Positions 43,708 through 55,135 of a stretch of DNA of 64,000 nt are shown here, one piece after another. The position numbers and the translations under genes are program-made. Positions within the stretch are counted from its first letter, which is position 1, and each line of letters begins with the position of its first letter. The stretch comes from an uncultured delta proteobacterium (GTDB lineage Bacteria; Desulfobacterota; Desulfuromonadia; Desulfuromonadales; JACZKF01), in contig CAWFKQ010000009.1 in NCBI GenBank assembly GCA_963816395.1, positions 192,001 to 256,000 of the forward strand, read 5' to 3'. The notes beneath the pieces are model-generated. The model did no database searches, had not been told where the DNA came from, and was given only the letters and a program-made list of their open reading frames with translations.

Positions 43708-45489
43708 ATGGCCGCGAATGCTGAACAAATAAAAATCCTGATCTGCCAGGGTACCGGCGGGCTCGCCTCGGGCGCCGCGGCGGTAGCCCAAGCCTTTGAG
43801 GCCGAATTCGCCAAGCAGGGTGTGGAAGCGAAAGTAGGCAAACGCTGTGAGGTCGTCGGCACCGGCTGCCGTGGCCTGTGCGCCAACGACGTCCTGGTGG
43901 ATGTTCAGATGCCCGGCCAGGCGGCGGTTACCTATGACTTCGTCACCCCGGAGATGGTGCCGCAGATCGTCGAAGAGCACGTGGTGGCGAACCAGCCGGT
44001 CGACAAGAAGGTGGCCGGGCCGTATTACGCCAAGTTTCTGGAAAAGCAGATGCGGGTGATCTTCTCCCGCTGCGGCACCATCAATGCCGAGAGTATCGAA
44101 GACTTCATCGCCCATAAGGGCTTCTCCGGGATCAAGAAGGCGGTCACCATGAAGCCCCAGGAGGTGATCGAAGAGGTGAAGCGCTCCGGGCTGCGCGGCC
44201 GTGGGGGCGGAGGCTTCCCCACGGGCGTGAAATGGTCGTTCTGCGCGGCTTCTCCCGGCACCGACAAATACCTCATCTGCAATGCCGACGAGGGGGACCC
44301 GGGCGCCTTCATGGACCGTTCGGTCCTGGAAGGCGATCCCTACGGGGTGATCGAGGGCTTGATGATCGCCTCCTATGCCATCGGCTGCAAGAACGGCTAT
44401 GTTTATGTCCGGGCCGAGTACCCGCTGGCCATCAAACGCCTGCAGAAGGCAATCGATACCTGCTACGAGAGGGGCATTCTCGGCAAGGATTGCATGGGCC
44501 TCGGCTTCCCCTTCGACCTGCGCATCAAGGCCGGCGCCGGCGCCTTCGTCTGCGGCGAGGAGACGGCCCTGATGGCTTCAATCGAAGGCCAGCGCGGCAT
44601 GTCCCGTCCCCGTCCGCCGTTCCCGGCGGTGCGCGGCCTGTGGGGCAAGCCGACCAACATCAATAACGTGGAAACCTACGCCAACGTTTCCTATATCTTC
44701 TACAACGGCGCCGACTGGTATGCCTCTATCGGCACCGAAGGGACCAAGGGAACGAAGATCTTCGCCCTCACCGGCAAGGTCAAACACACCGGGCTGGTTG
44801 AAGTGCCGGCCGGTACCACCATGCGCGAGGTCATCTATGATGTCTGCGGCGGCATACTCAACAACCGCAAATTCAAGGCGGTGCAGGCCGGCGGCCCCTC
44901 GGGCGGCTGTCTGCCGGCCGAGGCCCTCGATGCCCAGGTCGATTACGACTCGCTGATCAAGGCCGGCGCCATGATGGGTTCCGGCGGCCTTGTCGTCATG
45001 GACGAGACCACCTGCATGGTCGACATCGCCCGCTTCTTCCTCAATTTCACCCGCGTCGAATCGTGCGGCAAATGCGTTCCCTGCCGCATCGGCCTGAAGA
45101 TCATGCTGGAAATCCTCGAGCGCATCTGCGCCGGCGAAGGGCGGGAGGGCGACCTCGAAATGCTCGAGGACATGGGCAAGGACATCAAGCGCAGCTCCCT
45201 CTGCGGTCTGGGGCAGACGGCGCCGAACCCGGTCCTTTCCACCCTGCGCTATTTCCGCCACGAGTACGAGGCCCATATCCGGGAGAAGCGCTGCCCGTCC
45301 AACTCCTGCAAGAAGCTGCTCAAGTTCGAAGTCGTTGAATCGGCCTGCAAAAAATGCGGTCTTTGTTTCAAGATATGCCCGGTGGACGCCGTCAAGTGGG
45401 AGAAGGGTCAGGTCGCGATCATCGACAGGTCCAAATGCACCCAGTGCACCTCCTGCTTCGATGCCTGCCGCTTCATGGCCATCGAATAG
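43708..45489 (+). CDS. nuoF: NADH-quinone oxidoreductase subunit F, long HydB-like form
   Basis: GRGGGGFPTG, NADEGDPGAFMDR, CGKCVPCR; extra N-terminal thioredoxin-like and C-terminal 2x[4Fe-4S] domains. Confidence 0.93.
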   Translation: MAANAEQIKILICQGTGGLASGAAAVAQAFEAEFAKQGVEAKVGKRCEVVGTGCRGLCANDVLVDVQMPGQAAVTYDFVTPEMVPQIVEEHVVANQPVDKKVAGPYYAKFLEKQMRVIFSRCGTINAESIEDFIAHKGFSGIKKAVTMKPQEVIEEVKRSGLRGRGGGGFPTGVKWSFCAASPGTDKYLICNADEGDPGAFMDRSVLEGDPYGVIEGLMIASYAIGCKNGYVYVRAEYPLAIKRLQKAIDTCYERGILGKDCMGLGFPFDLRIKAGAGAFVCGEETALMASIEGQRGMSRPRPPFPAVRGLWGKPTNINNVETYANVSYIFYNGADWYASIGTEGTKGTKIFALTGKVKHTGLVEVPAGTTMREVIYDVCGGILNNRKFKAVQAGGPSGGCLPAEALDAQVDYDSLIKAGAMMGSGGLVVMDETTCMVDIARFFLNFTRVESCGKCVPCRIGLKIMLEILERICAGEGREGDLEMLEDMGKDIKRSSLCGLGQTAPNPVLSTLRYFRHEYEAHIREKRCPSNSCKKLLKFEVVESACKKCGLCFKICPVDAVKWEKGQVAIIDRSKCTQCTSCFDACRFMAIE

Positions 45490-45521
45490 CGTTTCTTTCT
45501 GAATCTATACGAGGTTCCCAG

Positions 45522-48005
45522 ATGGTAACTCTTACGATTGACGGCAAGCAGGTCACGGTCGGGAAAACGGCTACTATTTACGAGGCCGCCAAGGAAGCCG
45601 GCATCCGCATTCCGGTTCTCTGCTATGCCAAAAAGCTCCTTCCCTACGGCGCCTGCCGAGTCTGCCTGGTAGAGGTGGAACAGATGAAGGGGCGGCTGAT
45701 TCCCGCCTGCACCACCCCGGTGACCGCAGGGATGGTGGTGACGACCAGCAATAGTGAAATCCAGAAAATTCGCAAGACCGTTCTCGAGTTTTTGCTGGTC
45801 AATCACGTCATCGAATGCCCGGTTTGCGACAAGGGGGGGGAGTGTGATCTGCAGGATCTCACCTTCGAGTATGAGGTCTATCCCAACCGCTTCACCGGTG
45901 AGAAATTCGACCTGCCCAAGGATGAGGTCAATCCGCTGATCGAGCGCAACATGAACCGCTGCGTGCTGTGCGGCAAATGCGCCCGGGTCTGCGACGAAAT
46001 CGTCGCCTTCGGCTCCTATTCCTTCATCAACCGTGGCTTTGAGTCGAAAATCGCTACCGCCTTCGACCGCGGCCTCAATTGCGAATTCTGCGGCCAGTGC
46101 GTTTCCATGTGTCCGGTAGGGGCCATTCTGCCCCGGCCCTTCAAATTCAAGGCAAGGCCTTGGCAGATCAAGGAAGTCGATACGGTCTGCGGCTACTGCG
46201 GCAACGGCTGCACCGTCACCCTGGGAATTCTGAAGGACAAGGTGGAGACCGTCCGCTTTAATGACCAGACCGGGGTCAACAACGGCAATCTCTGCATCCG
46301 CGGCCGCTTCGGCTACTCCTATGTCAACAGCGAGGAGCGCCTGACGCGCCCCCTGGTGCGCAAGGATGGAAAGCTGGTCGAAACCGACTGGAAAGAAGCG
46401 ATCGACGCGGTGGTCAGCGGCTTCGCCAAGGCCCGTGCCGATAAGGGCATCGGCATCCTCTCCGGCGCCCGGTTGACCAATGAGGAATTCTTCCTCCTGA
46501 AGAATCTGGCCGGTGCTTTGGGGGATGCTCATCTCGATCACTCCGGGGGCGAATGCTACAAAGGGCTGACTGAAGGGGTAAAGACGGCTCTCGGCGTCAG
46601 TGCCTCCACCGCCACCTTCCCGCAGGTGGAGGAATGCGAGGTCATTCTCGCCATCCGCTCCGATTTTTACGAAACCCACCCGGTATTCGGCATGGTGGTC
46701 AACCAGGCCGTCAAACGCCGGGATGCGCAACTGATCGTTCTCTCCGATAAAAAGGGGAAGTTCAGCAAGCTTCCGCATGCCGAGACACTGCTGACGCGGC
46801 CGGGCACTGGAGGTGAACCTTCTCAACGCCATGGCCGGGGTGCTCATCGAGGAGGGGCTGGCGGTCAGCGAAGGGGTTGAAGGCTTCGCCGAGCTGAAGA
46901 AGGCCCTGAAGGAATATGCCCCGGAGAAGGTGGAGAAGGAGACGGGGGTGGCTGCCGAGGCCATCCGCGTTGGCAGCCAGGCAGCTGGCCAGCGCCAAGA
47001 AAAGCGCCATTCTCCTGGCTTATGGCCTCCCCTACACCGCCCAGAGTCAGGAACTCGGTACGGCCGCCGCCAATCTGGCCATTCTGGCCGGGATTCCGGG
47101 TCGGGCGGGGAGCGGTCTCTACCTGTGCGGTGAAAAGGCGAACAGCCAGGGCGCCATCGACCTCGGCATCCTGCCGGGCCAGGGGGCGTTCGGAGCCCAG
47201 GGTATGCTGGCGGCGGCGGCCAGCGGCGAACTGTCCGCTCTCTATGTGGTCGCTGAAGACCCCCTGACCTCTTATCCGGACCGGAAAAAGACCGAATCGG
47301 CCCTGGACAAGGTGCCTTTTCTGGTGGTGCAGGATATCTTTCTGTCGGCAACCGCCCAGCAGGCCGATGTGGTTCTGCCGGCTGCTTCCTTCGCCGAAAA
47401 GGAGGGCACCTTCACCAACGCCGAGCGGCGGATTCAGCGGGTGCGCCAGGGAATTCCCCTCCCCGGCGAGGCCCGGACCGACTTCGCCATTTTCGAAATG
47501 CTGGCTGCCCGGTTGGCCAAGCAGGTCAGTTATACCGGGCCGCAGGCGGTGTTTGCCCAGATCGCCGCCACCGTCCCCGGCTACGCCGGCATCGACTTTC
47601 AGGAAATCGGCCCGCAGGGCATGGTCTGGGGGGGCGAGACGCTGGCAGTCAGCCGCCGAAAGCTGGTCCCGGCCGCCGGCTCCCGGGCCGTCGAAGCCGC
47701 CTATCAACTGATTACCGGCAGCACCCTTTACCATAGCGGGACCGTTTCCACCCGCGCCAAGGGACCGCTGGCGGTCGTGCCGGCGCCCTACGTCGAAGTC
47801 GGGCGGGAGGATGCCCGGACACTCGGCGTCCAGGAAGGCGACCTGTTAACCCTGAAGGCAAACGGAGTCGGAGATCAAGCTTCCGGTCAAGGTCGATCTG
47901 CGGCATGCCGAAAGGGATTCTGTTTGCCCCTACCATTTCGCCAGTGCCGGTCTCAATCGCCTCTACACCGGCCAGACGGCCATCCCGGTGGAAGTCGGCA
48001 AGTAA
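45522..48005 (+). CDS. nuoG: NADH-quinone oxidoreductase subunit G, long form (several frameshifts after 46800)
   Basis: GACRVC, HVIECPVCDKGGEC, CVLCGKC, CEFCGQC, CGYCGNGC, GTFTNAERR. Confidence 0.9.
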
Positions 48006-48023
48006 GTTCAGGCAGGAGAGGCC

Positions 48024-48986
48024 ATGGAATGCCCCAAGTGTAAAGCCGCCGTTTCCGCCCGCGCCAAGTTCTGCGACCAGTGCGGAATCAACCTGGTGAA
48101 GAACGTCGACTTTCTTCACCAGAAGGCGGTCGACCATTACCATCGCGGGCTGATCGATGAAGCCATCAGGTTGTGGGACGAGGCGATCGATCAGGCGGGG
48201 GAGTTCAGCAAGGGTCATTACTACAAGGGGCTGGCCCTCTATGACCGGGGCGATCTGCGCCAGGCGATCGACTCTTTCCGCAAGGCGCTCCAGGGGGAGA
48301 AGGAACCTTTCCGGGTCTACTTCAAGCTGGGCATGGCCCAGTACGGGATGGGTGATCTGGCCGGCAGCATCGAGAGCTTCCGGCGCGCCTTGGCAGATCA
48401 ATCCGGGCAGCGCCGAAACCCATTATCGTCTGGGACTTTCCTGCCTGCGGAACTCCGACCTGGAGAAGGCCCAGGAAGCCCTGGAAGCGGCCATCCGGCT
48501 GAATCCGCAGTATACGCGGGCTCTTTATATCCTGGGGATGGTTTCGCTCAGCAGGGGGACAACCGCAGGGCGATCCAGCAGTTCCGGACCGTCGCCGAGA
48601 TCAGCCCCACCTATACCGCTGCCCGCTTCGAACTCGGGATGGCGCTGTTCCGGGAGGGGGAATTGGCGGAGGCGGCAACGCATTTTCAGGAGGCCATCGA
48701 GAGCAACGAACGGTTTGTCCCGGCCTTCTACATGCTCGGCGAGGCTTACCGGAAAATGGGGGAGCCGAGCGAGGCGATCAGCGCCTACACCCAGGTGCTG
48801 CAACTCAACCCTAACGACGCCGAGGTCTATGTGCACCTGGCCGAATGCAACATGCAGCTGGATTTCCTGGATGCCGCTCTGGAGGCGGTGCGGAAGGCTC
48901 TGGCCATCAATCCGGCCAACCGCGACGCACTGTACCTGCAGAAACACCTGGGTGAACTGAAAACCCCCCATAAACCCGGGTTCTAG
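48024..48986 (+). CDS. Zinc-ribbon plus tetratricopeptide-repeat protein (two compensating frameshifts near 48390 and 48545)
   Basis: CPKC...FCDQCG then tandem TPR-like repeats; own AGGAG RBS; same strand between nuoG and nuoH. Confidence 0.85.
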   Translation: MECPKCKAAVSARAKFCDQCGINLVKNVDFLHQKAVDHYHRGLIDEAIRLWDEAIDQAGEFSKGHYYKGLALYDRGDLRQAIDSFRKALQGEKEPFRVYFKLGMAQYGMGDLAGSIESFRRALADQSGQRRNPLSSGTFLPAELRPGEGPGSPGSGHPAESAVYAGSLYPGDGFAQQGDNRRAIQQFRTVAEISPTYTAARFELGMALFREGELAEAATHFQEAIESNERFVPAFYMLGEAYRKMGEPSEAISAYTQVLQLNPNDAEVYVHLAECNMQLDFLDAALEAVRKALAINPANRDALYLQKHLGELKTPHKPGF

Positions 48987-49033
48987 AAAAGATTCCGATT
49001 TCAACACGCTCAAGGAAGAAGAGGATTGCCATT

Positions 49034-50070
49034 ATGCCCATGTTGAGCCTCTCGAACAACTGGCCGCTGTTTCTGGGAGTCATGCTGGCCAAAATCGTTG
49101 CCGTCTTCGTGGTGGTGCTGCTGATCGTCGCCTATGCCACCTGGCTGGAGCGCAAGGTCATTGGCCATATGCAGGTCCGCCTCGGCCCCATGGAGACCGG
49201 CTGGCACGGCCTTCTGCAGCCGATTGCCGACGGACTGAAACTCTTCTTCAAGGAAGACATCATCCCGAGCCAGGCGAGCAAGGTCTCTTTTATCCTGGCG
49301 CCGATGATGATCCTGGTTCCAGCCTTCATCACCGTGGCCGTCATCCCCTTCGGCCCCGATGTGACCATCGGCGGCTACACGGTGCCGCTGCAGATCACCG
49401 ATCTGAACGTCGGTATCCTCTATATCCTGGCCATGGCCGGTCTGGGGGTCTACGGCATCGTTCTTGCCGGCTGGTCCTCCAACAGCAAGTATTCGCTGCT
49501 CGGCGGCATCCGCTCCTCGGCGCAGATGATCTCCTACGAGCTGTCGGCGGCCCTGGCTATCGTCTCCGTTTTCATGCTTTCGCAGACCCTCAGCCTGCGC
49601 GGAATCGTCGCCGCCCAGAGCAGCTGCGTATCCGCTTCTTCAGCTTCCTCCCCAACTGGTACATCCTTTCCCAGCCGCTGGCCTTCGCTCTCTTCGTGGT
49701 CTGCGGGCTGGCCGAAATCAACCGCACCCCGTTCGACCTGCCGGAGGCCGAATCGGAGCTGGTTTCCGGCTTCTGCACCGAATACTCGTCAATGAAATAC
49801 GCCCTGTTTTTCATGGCCGAGTACGCCAATATGGTGGTGATCTCCGCCATCGCCGCCACGCTGTTCCTGGGCGGCTGGCATGGACCATTTCCCGGCGTCA
49901 TCAATATCCTGCTGAAAATCTTCTGCTTCATGTTCTTCTTCATCTGGCTGCGGGCGACCTTCCCCCGTGTTCGCTATGACCAGCTGATGAAGATGGGGTG
50001 GAAGGTCTTCCTGCCCCTGGCGCTGGCCAATATCGTGATCACCGGCGTCGTTGTCGTCCTGTGGCAGTAA
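49034..50070 (+). CDS. nuoH: NADH-quinone oxidoreductase subunit H (frameshift near 49620)
   Basis: [33 protein letters not shown]. Confidence 0.95.
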
Positions 50071-50094
50071 CAACCAAGGCGAGAGGATAGGTCC

Positions 50095-50490
50095 ATGTTC
50101 AAAGAGTTCATCAAAGGTCTGAGCATCACCTTCAAGCATATGCTCCCCGGCCACAGCACCACCGTGCAGTACCCGCACGTGAAACTCAAGCCGTCCGACC
50201 GTTTCCGCGGCCTGCACCGCCTGGTGCCGGCGCACGACCGGGAAAAATGCGTCGCCTGCTATCTCTGCCCCACGGTCTGCCCGGCCAAGTGCATCACCGT
50301 GGAATCGGCGGAGAACGCCAAGGGCGAGAAATACCCGAAGGTTTATCAGATCGATCTGCTCCGGTGCATCTTCTGCGGCTACTGCGTGGAAGCCTGTCCG
50401 GTCGAGGCACTGGAAATGACCGGTCAATACGAACTGGCGAATTTCCGGCGGGAGGATTTCACCTTTACCAAAGAGCGACTTCTCAAGTAA
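50095..50490 (+). CDS. nuoI: NADH-quinone oxidoreductase subunit I
   Basis: CVACYLCPTVCP, CIFCGYCVEACP. Confidence 0.96.
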   Translation: MFKEFIKGLSITFKHMLPGHSTTVQYPHVKLKPSDRFRGLHRLVPAHDREKCVACYLCPTVCPAKCITVESAENAKGEKYPKVYQIDLLRCIFCGYCVEACPVEALEMTGQYELANFRREDFTFTKERLLK

Positions 50491-50511
50491 CCGTTTAGGA
50501 GCATCGAACCC

Positions 50512-51015
50512 ATGGAACTTTTCTTTTTCTATCTGGTTGCCCTGGTCGCGGTGATCTCCGGCTTTTTGGTCATCAAGTGCCAGAATCCCGTCAACAGCGC
50601 CATTTCCCTGGTGATGACCTTCTTCTGCCTGGCCATCTTCTACGTCATGCTGCATGCGCCGTTCATGGCGGCCATCCAGATCATGGTCTATGCCGGCGCC
50701 ATCATGGTGCTGATTCTGTTCGTCATCATGCTGCTCAATCTCGGCGCGGAAGCGCACCGGCGCTATGCGCACAGCGTGGTCGGCGGCGCCCTGGCCGGCA
50801 TTCTGGTCATGTTTATGGTGTTCACCTTCATCAAGCGCGGAGCCGCGACCGGGGTCAAGGGTGCTCTTACCCCGCAGGTGATCGACAAGATTGGCCACAC
50901 CGAACTGATCGGGCGGGAACTTTTTACCCATTTCCTGCTGCCCTTCGAGATCACCTCCATTCTGCTGCTGGTGGCGATCATCGGCGCCGTTGTTCTGGCC
51001 AAGAAAGAAGTCTAA
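50512..51015 (+). CDS. nuoJ: NADH-quinone oxidoreductase subunit J
   Basis: VYAGAIMVLILFVIMLL, LPFEITS. Confidence 0.96.
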   Translation: MELFFFYLVALVAVISGFLVIKCQNPVNSAISLVMTFFCLAIFYVMLHAPFMAAIQIMVYAGAIMVLILFVIMLLNLGAEAHRRYAHSVVGGALAGILVMFMVFTFIKRGAATGVKGALTPQVIDKIGHTELIGRELFTHFLLPFEITSILLLVAIIGAVVLAKKEV

Positions 51016-51042
51016 GTTCCGATAAGGACAGGAGAACCGATC

Positions 51043-51348
51043 ATGACCCCTACGGTTTACCACTACCTCATACTGAGCGCGATCCTTTTCTCCATGGGGA
51101 CTATCGGCGTCCTGACCCGGAGAAATGCCATTGTCATCTTCATGTGCATCGAGCTGATGCTTAATGCGGTCAATCTCTCGTTCATCGCCTTTTCCGCCTA
51201 TCTGGGAAACCTGGACGGGCAGATCTTCGTCTTTTTCGTCATGACCGTAGCTGCGGCCGAGGCAGCGGTCGGACTGGCGCTGATGATCAGCTTCTTCCGC
51301 AACAAAGAGTCCATAGAAGTCGACGAGATAAACCTGCTGAAATGGTGA
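51043..51348 (+). CDS. nuoK: NADH-quinone oxidoreductase subunit K
   Basis: [19 protein letters not shown]. Confidence 0.97.
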   Translation: MTPTVYHYLILSAILFSMGTIGVLTRRNAIVIFMCIELMLNAVNLSFIAFSAYLGNLDGQIFVFFVMTVAAAEAAVGLALMISFFRNKESIEVDEINLLKW

Positions 51349-51389
51349 CAAAACAATCCTTTAGGTTCAATCGATAAGAGGAGAGATAG

Positions 51390-53373
51390 ATGTACAGTTA
51401 CGACTATCTGTGGCTCATTCCATTCTTGCCCCTCCTTGGGTCCGTGATCAACGGACTCCTGGGTAAAAAGATCAAGAATGAGAAGGTGATCGGCGGTCTC
51501 GGCACCCTGGCGATCGCGGCTTCTTTCGCCGTCTCCTGCACGTATTTCCTGCGACTGCTGGGAGACAGCCAGAAAGTTCATCAGCAGGTTGTCGCCTCCT
51601 GGATGTGCGTGGGGCATCTGCAGGTGGACTGGGGTTTTCTCCTCGACCCGCTTGTCCGCCCTGATGATCATGGTGGTCACCGGTGTCGGCTCCCTGATTC
51701 ATCTCTACTCCATCGGCTACATGCATGGAGAGGAGGGATTCTACCGGTTCTTCTCCTATCTCAATCTCTTCTGCTTTGCCATGCTGATGCTGGTCCTGGG
51801 GAGCAACGCCCTGGTGATGTTCATCGGCTGGGAGGGGGTCGGTCTCTGCTCCTATCTCCTCATCGGCTACTACTTCCATAAGAAAAGCGCCGGCGATGCC
51901 GCCAAGAAGGCCTTCGTGGTCAACCGCATCGGCGACTTCGGCTTTCTCGTCGGTCTGTTCACCCTGTTCTGGGCGCTTGGCAGCCATGGGGTATGGACCC
52001 TGAATTTTGTCGAGATCGGCGAAAACGCCCACCTGCTCGGCACCGGCAGCGTCGTGGTGACGGTGGTGACCCTCTGCTTCTTCCTCGGCGCCACCGGCAA
52101 GTCGGCGCAGATCCCCCTCTACACCTGGTTGCCCGACGCCATGGAAGGCCCGACCCCGGTCTCCGCCCTCATCCATGCCGCTACCATGGTCACCGCCGGC
52201 GTCTACATGATCGGCCGCATGAACCTGCTGTTCGCCATGGCCCCGAGCACCATGATGGTGATCGCCATCGTCGGCGCCGCCACGGCCATTTTCGCCGCCA
52301 CCATCGGCTTCGCCCAGAACGACATCAAGCGGGTGCTGGCCTACTCCACCGTCTCGCAGCTCGGCTACATGTTCCTCGCCATGGGCGTCGGCGCCTTCAC
52401 CGCCGGTATCTTCCACCTGATGACCCATGCCTTCTTCAAGGCCTGCCTGTTCCTCGGTTCCGGCTCGGTCATCCACGGCATGCACCACGGCCTGCACCAT
52501 GCCCACTCCCATGACGATCCGCAGGACATGCGCAACATGGGCGGCCTCAGCAAAAAAATGAAGGTCACCTACTGGACCTTCCTCATCGCGACTCTGGCCA
52601 TCTCGGGCTTTCCGCTCCTCTCCGGCTTCTTCTCCAAGGACGAGATCCTCTGGTGGGCCTTCGGCTCCACCCGCGGCCACTGGCTGCTCTGGGCCATCGG
52701 TGCGGCGGCTGCCGGCATGACCGCCTTCTACATGTTCCGCTGCGTCTCCCTGACCTTCTGGGGCGAGCAGCGCACCACGGCGAAGGCCAGGGATCACATC
52801 CCTGAGTCCCCGTGGACGATCACCGTGCCGCTGGTGGTGCTGGCCTTGCTGGCGCTGGTCGGCGGGGCGGTCGGCGTGCCGGAGGTGATCGGCGGCGCCA
52901 ACCACATCCATCACTACTTCGAGCCGGTCTTCGGCCATGCCCAGGAGGTCTACGGCATCGCCATCCAGCACGCGCTGCACGGCCAGCACGGGCTGGAAAT
53001 CGGCCTCATGGTGATTTCGGTCCTGCTCGGGTTCGCCGGGATCGGCGCGGCGGTTTTCATGTATCTGGTGCGCCCCGAGCTGCCGGGCAAGTTCGTCACG
53101 GCTTTCGGCGGCCTCTATCGGACCGTGTACAACAAGTGGTACATGGACGAGATCTACGATGCCCTTTTCGTCAACCCCACCAAGCGGCTCGGCAACTTTC
53201 TGTGGAAAGGCTTCGATGTCAAGGTGGTGGACGGAATCGTCAACGGCGTCGGCTACATCGTCAATGCTTGTTCCAGAGGGTTGCGGATCACCCAGAGCGG
53301 CCTTGTTCACAATTACGCCATGACCATGGTCCTGGGAATGGTGGCGATCGTCGCTTTTTTCATCTTCAGGTAA
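51390..53373 (+). CDS. nuoL: NADH-quinone oxidoreductase subunit L (frameshift near 51650)
   Basis: KSAQIPLYTWLPDAMEGPTPVSALIHAATM, THAFFKA. Confidence 0.96.
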
Positions 53374-53418
53374 CGAGCGCCTTATCGAACTACAGAGAGA
53401 TATGAGGAGCGATATCCC

Positions 53419-55075
53419 ATGACCAACCATCTTCTTACCTGGATGACTTTTTTCCCGATGCTCGGGGTACTCGTCCTGCTGTTCATGCCCAGAGAAAACG
53501 GCGGGCTGCTCAAGGGTTTCACCCTGCTGGTGACCCTGATCACCTTCTTCATCAGCCTGCCCCTCGCCCTCGACGCGCGGTTCAAGAGCTCGGCTGACAT
53601 GCTGTACAGCGAGTTCTACCGGTGGATCAATATCGGCGACTTTTTCCAGATGAACTACCATGTCGGCGTCGACGGCATCAGTCTCTGGCTGGTAATGCTG
53701 ACCACCCTCATCATGCCGATTGCCATCTTGTCCACCTGGCACGCGGTCGACAAGAACATCAAGGGGTTCATGGCCCTGGCGCTGCTGCTCGAAACCGCCA
53801 TGCTCGGCGCCTTCGTCTCCCTTGATCTCTTCCTTTTCTATATCTTCTGGGAGCTGATGCTGATCCCCATGTATTTCATGATCGGCATCTGGGGGGGCAA
53901 AAACCGCATTTACGCGGCGGTCAAGTTCTTCATCTACACGGCCGTCGGTTCCCTGCTGATGCTGGTGGCGATCATCTACGTCTACTACTTCGCCGTCCAG
54001 TCCGGGGTCGACATGAACGGCTTCAATATCACTCAGTTCTACAAACTGAGCATCCCGGCGCACCTGCAGACCTGGCTTTTCCTCGCCTTCGCCTTCAGCT
54101 TCGCCATCAAGGTGCCGATGTTTCCCCTGCACACCTGGTTGCCGGATGCGCATACCGAGGCGCCGACCGCCGGTTCCGTCATCCTGGCCGCCATTCTGCT
54201 GAAGATGGGGACCTATGGCTATGTCCGCTTCGCCATGCCGCTGTTCCCCCAGGCGACGCACCAGTTCATCCCCTTCCTCTCCCTGCTGGCGGTGATCGGC
54301 ATCATCTACGGTTCACTGGTGGCGATGATGCAGAGCGACGTGAAGAAACTCGTCGCCTACTCCTCGGTCGCCCACCTCGGCTTCGTCATGCTGGGCGTCT
54401 TCGCGCTCAATCTCCAGGGGCTCTCCGGCGGGATGCTGCAGATGGTCAACCACGGTATTTCCACCGGCGCCCTGTTCCTTATCGTCGGCTTCATCTATGA
54501 GCGCCGGCATACCCGGGAAATCTCCGAATTCGGCGGGCTCGCCAAGCAGATGCCGGTGTTCGCCACCATCTTCATGATCATCACCTTCTCCTCCATCGGC
54601 CTGCCCGGCACCAACGGCTTCGTCGGCGAATTCCTCGCCCTCATGGGAGCTTTTGAGAGCGGCCTGCGCTGGTATGCCGTCGTTGCCACCAGCGGCGTCA
54701 TTTTCGCGGCGGTATACATGCTGTGGATGTTCCAGCGGGTGATGTTCGGCGAGCTCAAAAACCCGGCCAACCAGAAGCTCAAGGATCTGTCCGGCCGGGA
54801 AGTCGCGCTCATGCTCCCGCTGCTGGTGTTCGTCTTCTGGATCGGCCTCTATCCCAACGTCTTCTTCGAGAAGATGACGCCGGCCCTCAACCAGCTGATT
54901 CGTCCAGGTCAATGGGAAGCAGCAGGTGGCGATGGTCGACGCCGGCACCGCCGAGGCCGCCGTGGTGCCGGCAGGGCAGGGGGAGACCCCCGCTGCTCCG
55001 GTCGAAGGGGAGCTGCCGAACGGATTGCAGTTGCCTCCCGGGCATCCGCCGGTGTCTTTCGGGCACGGGCAATAG
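53419..55075 (+). CDS. nuoM: NADH-quinone oxidoreductase subunit M (probable frameshift near 54900; unrepaired stop at 55098)
   Basis: KVPMFPLHTWLPDAHTEAPT, GLPGTNGFVGEF. Confidence 0.93.
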
Positions 55076-55135
55076 GATTGAACGAATACTCTGAATAGCA
55101 CATACGGTTAAAACCGCTTCCGGAGGAGCATTTCC

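Noticed and set aside
52470..52520. His-rich loop in NuoL (HGMHHGLHHAHSHDD)
   Set aside because: His-rich insertions in NuoL are common and not distinctive.
51472..54261. Very long antisense ORFs (929, 668, 666, 647, 552 aa and others)
   Set aside because: Shadow frames of high-GC3 genes with no motifs of their own.
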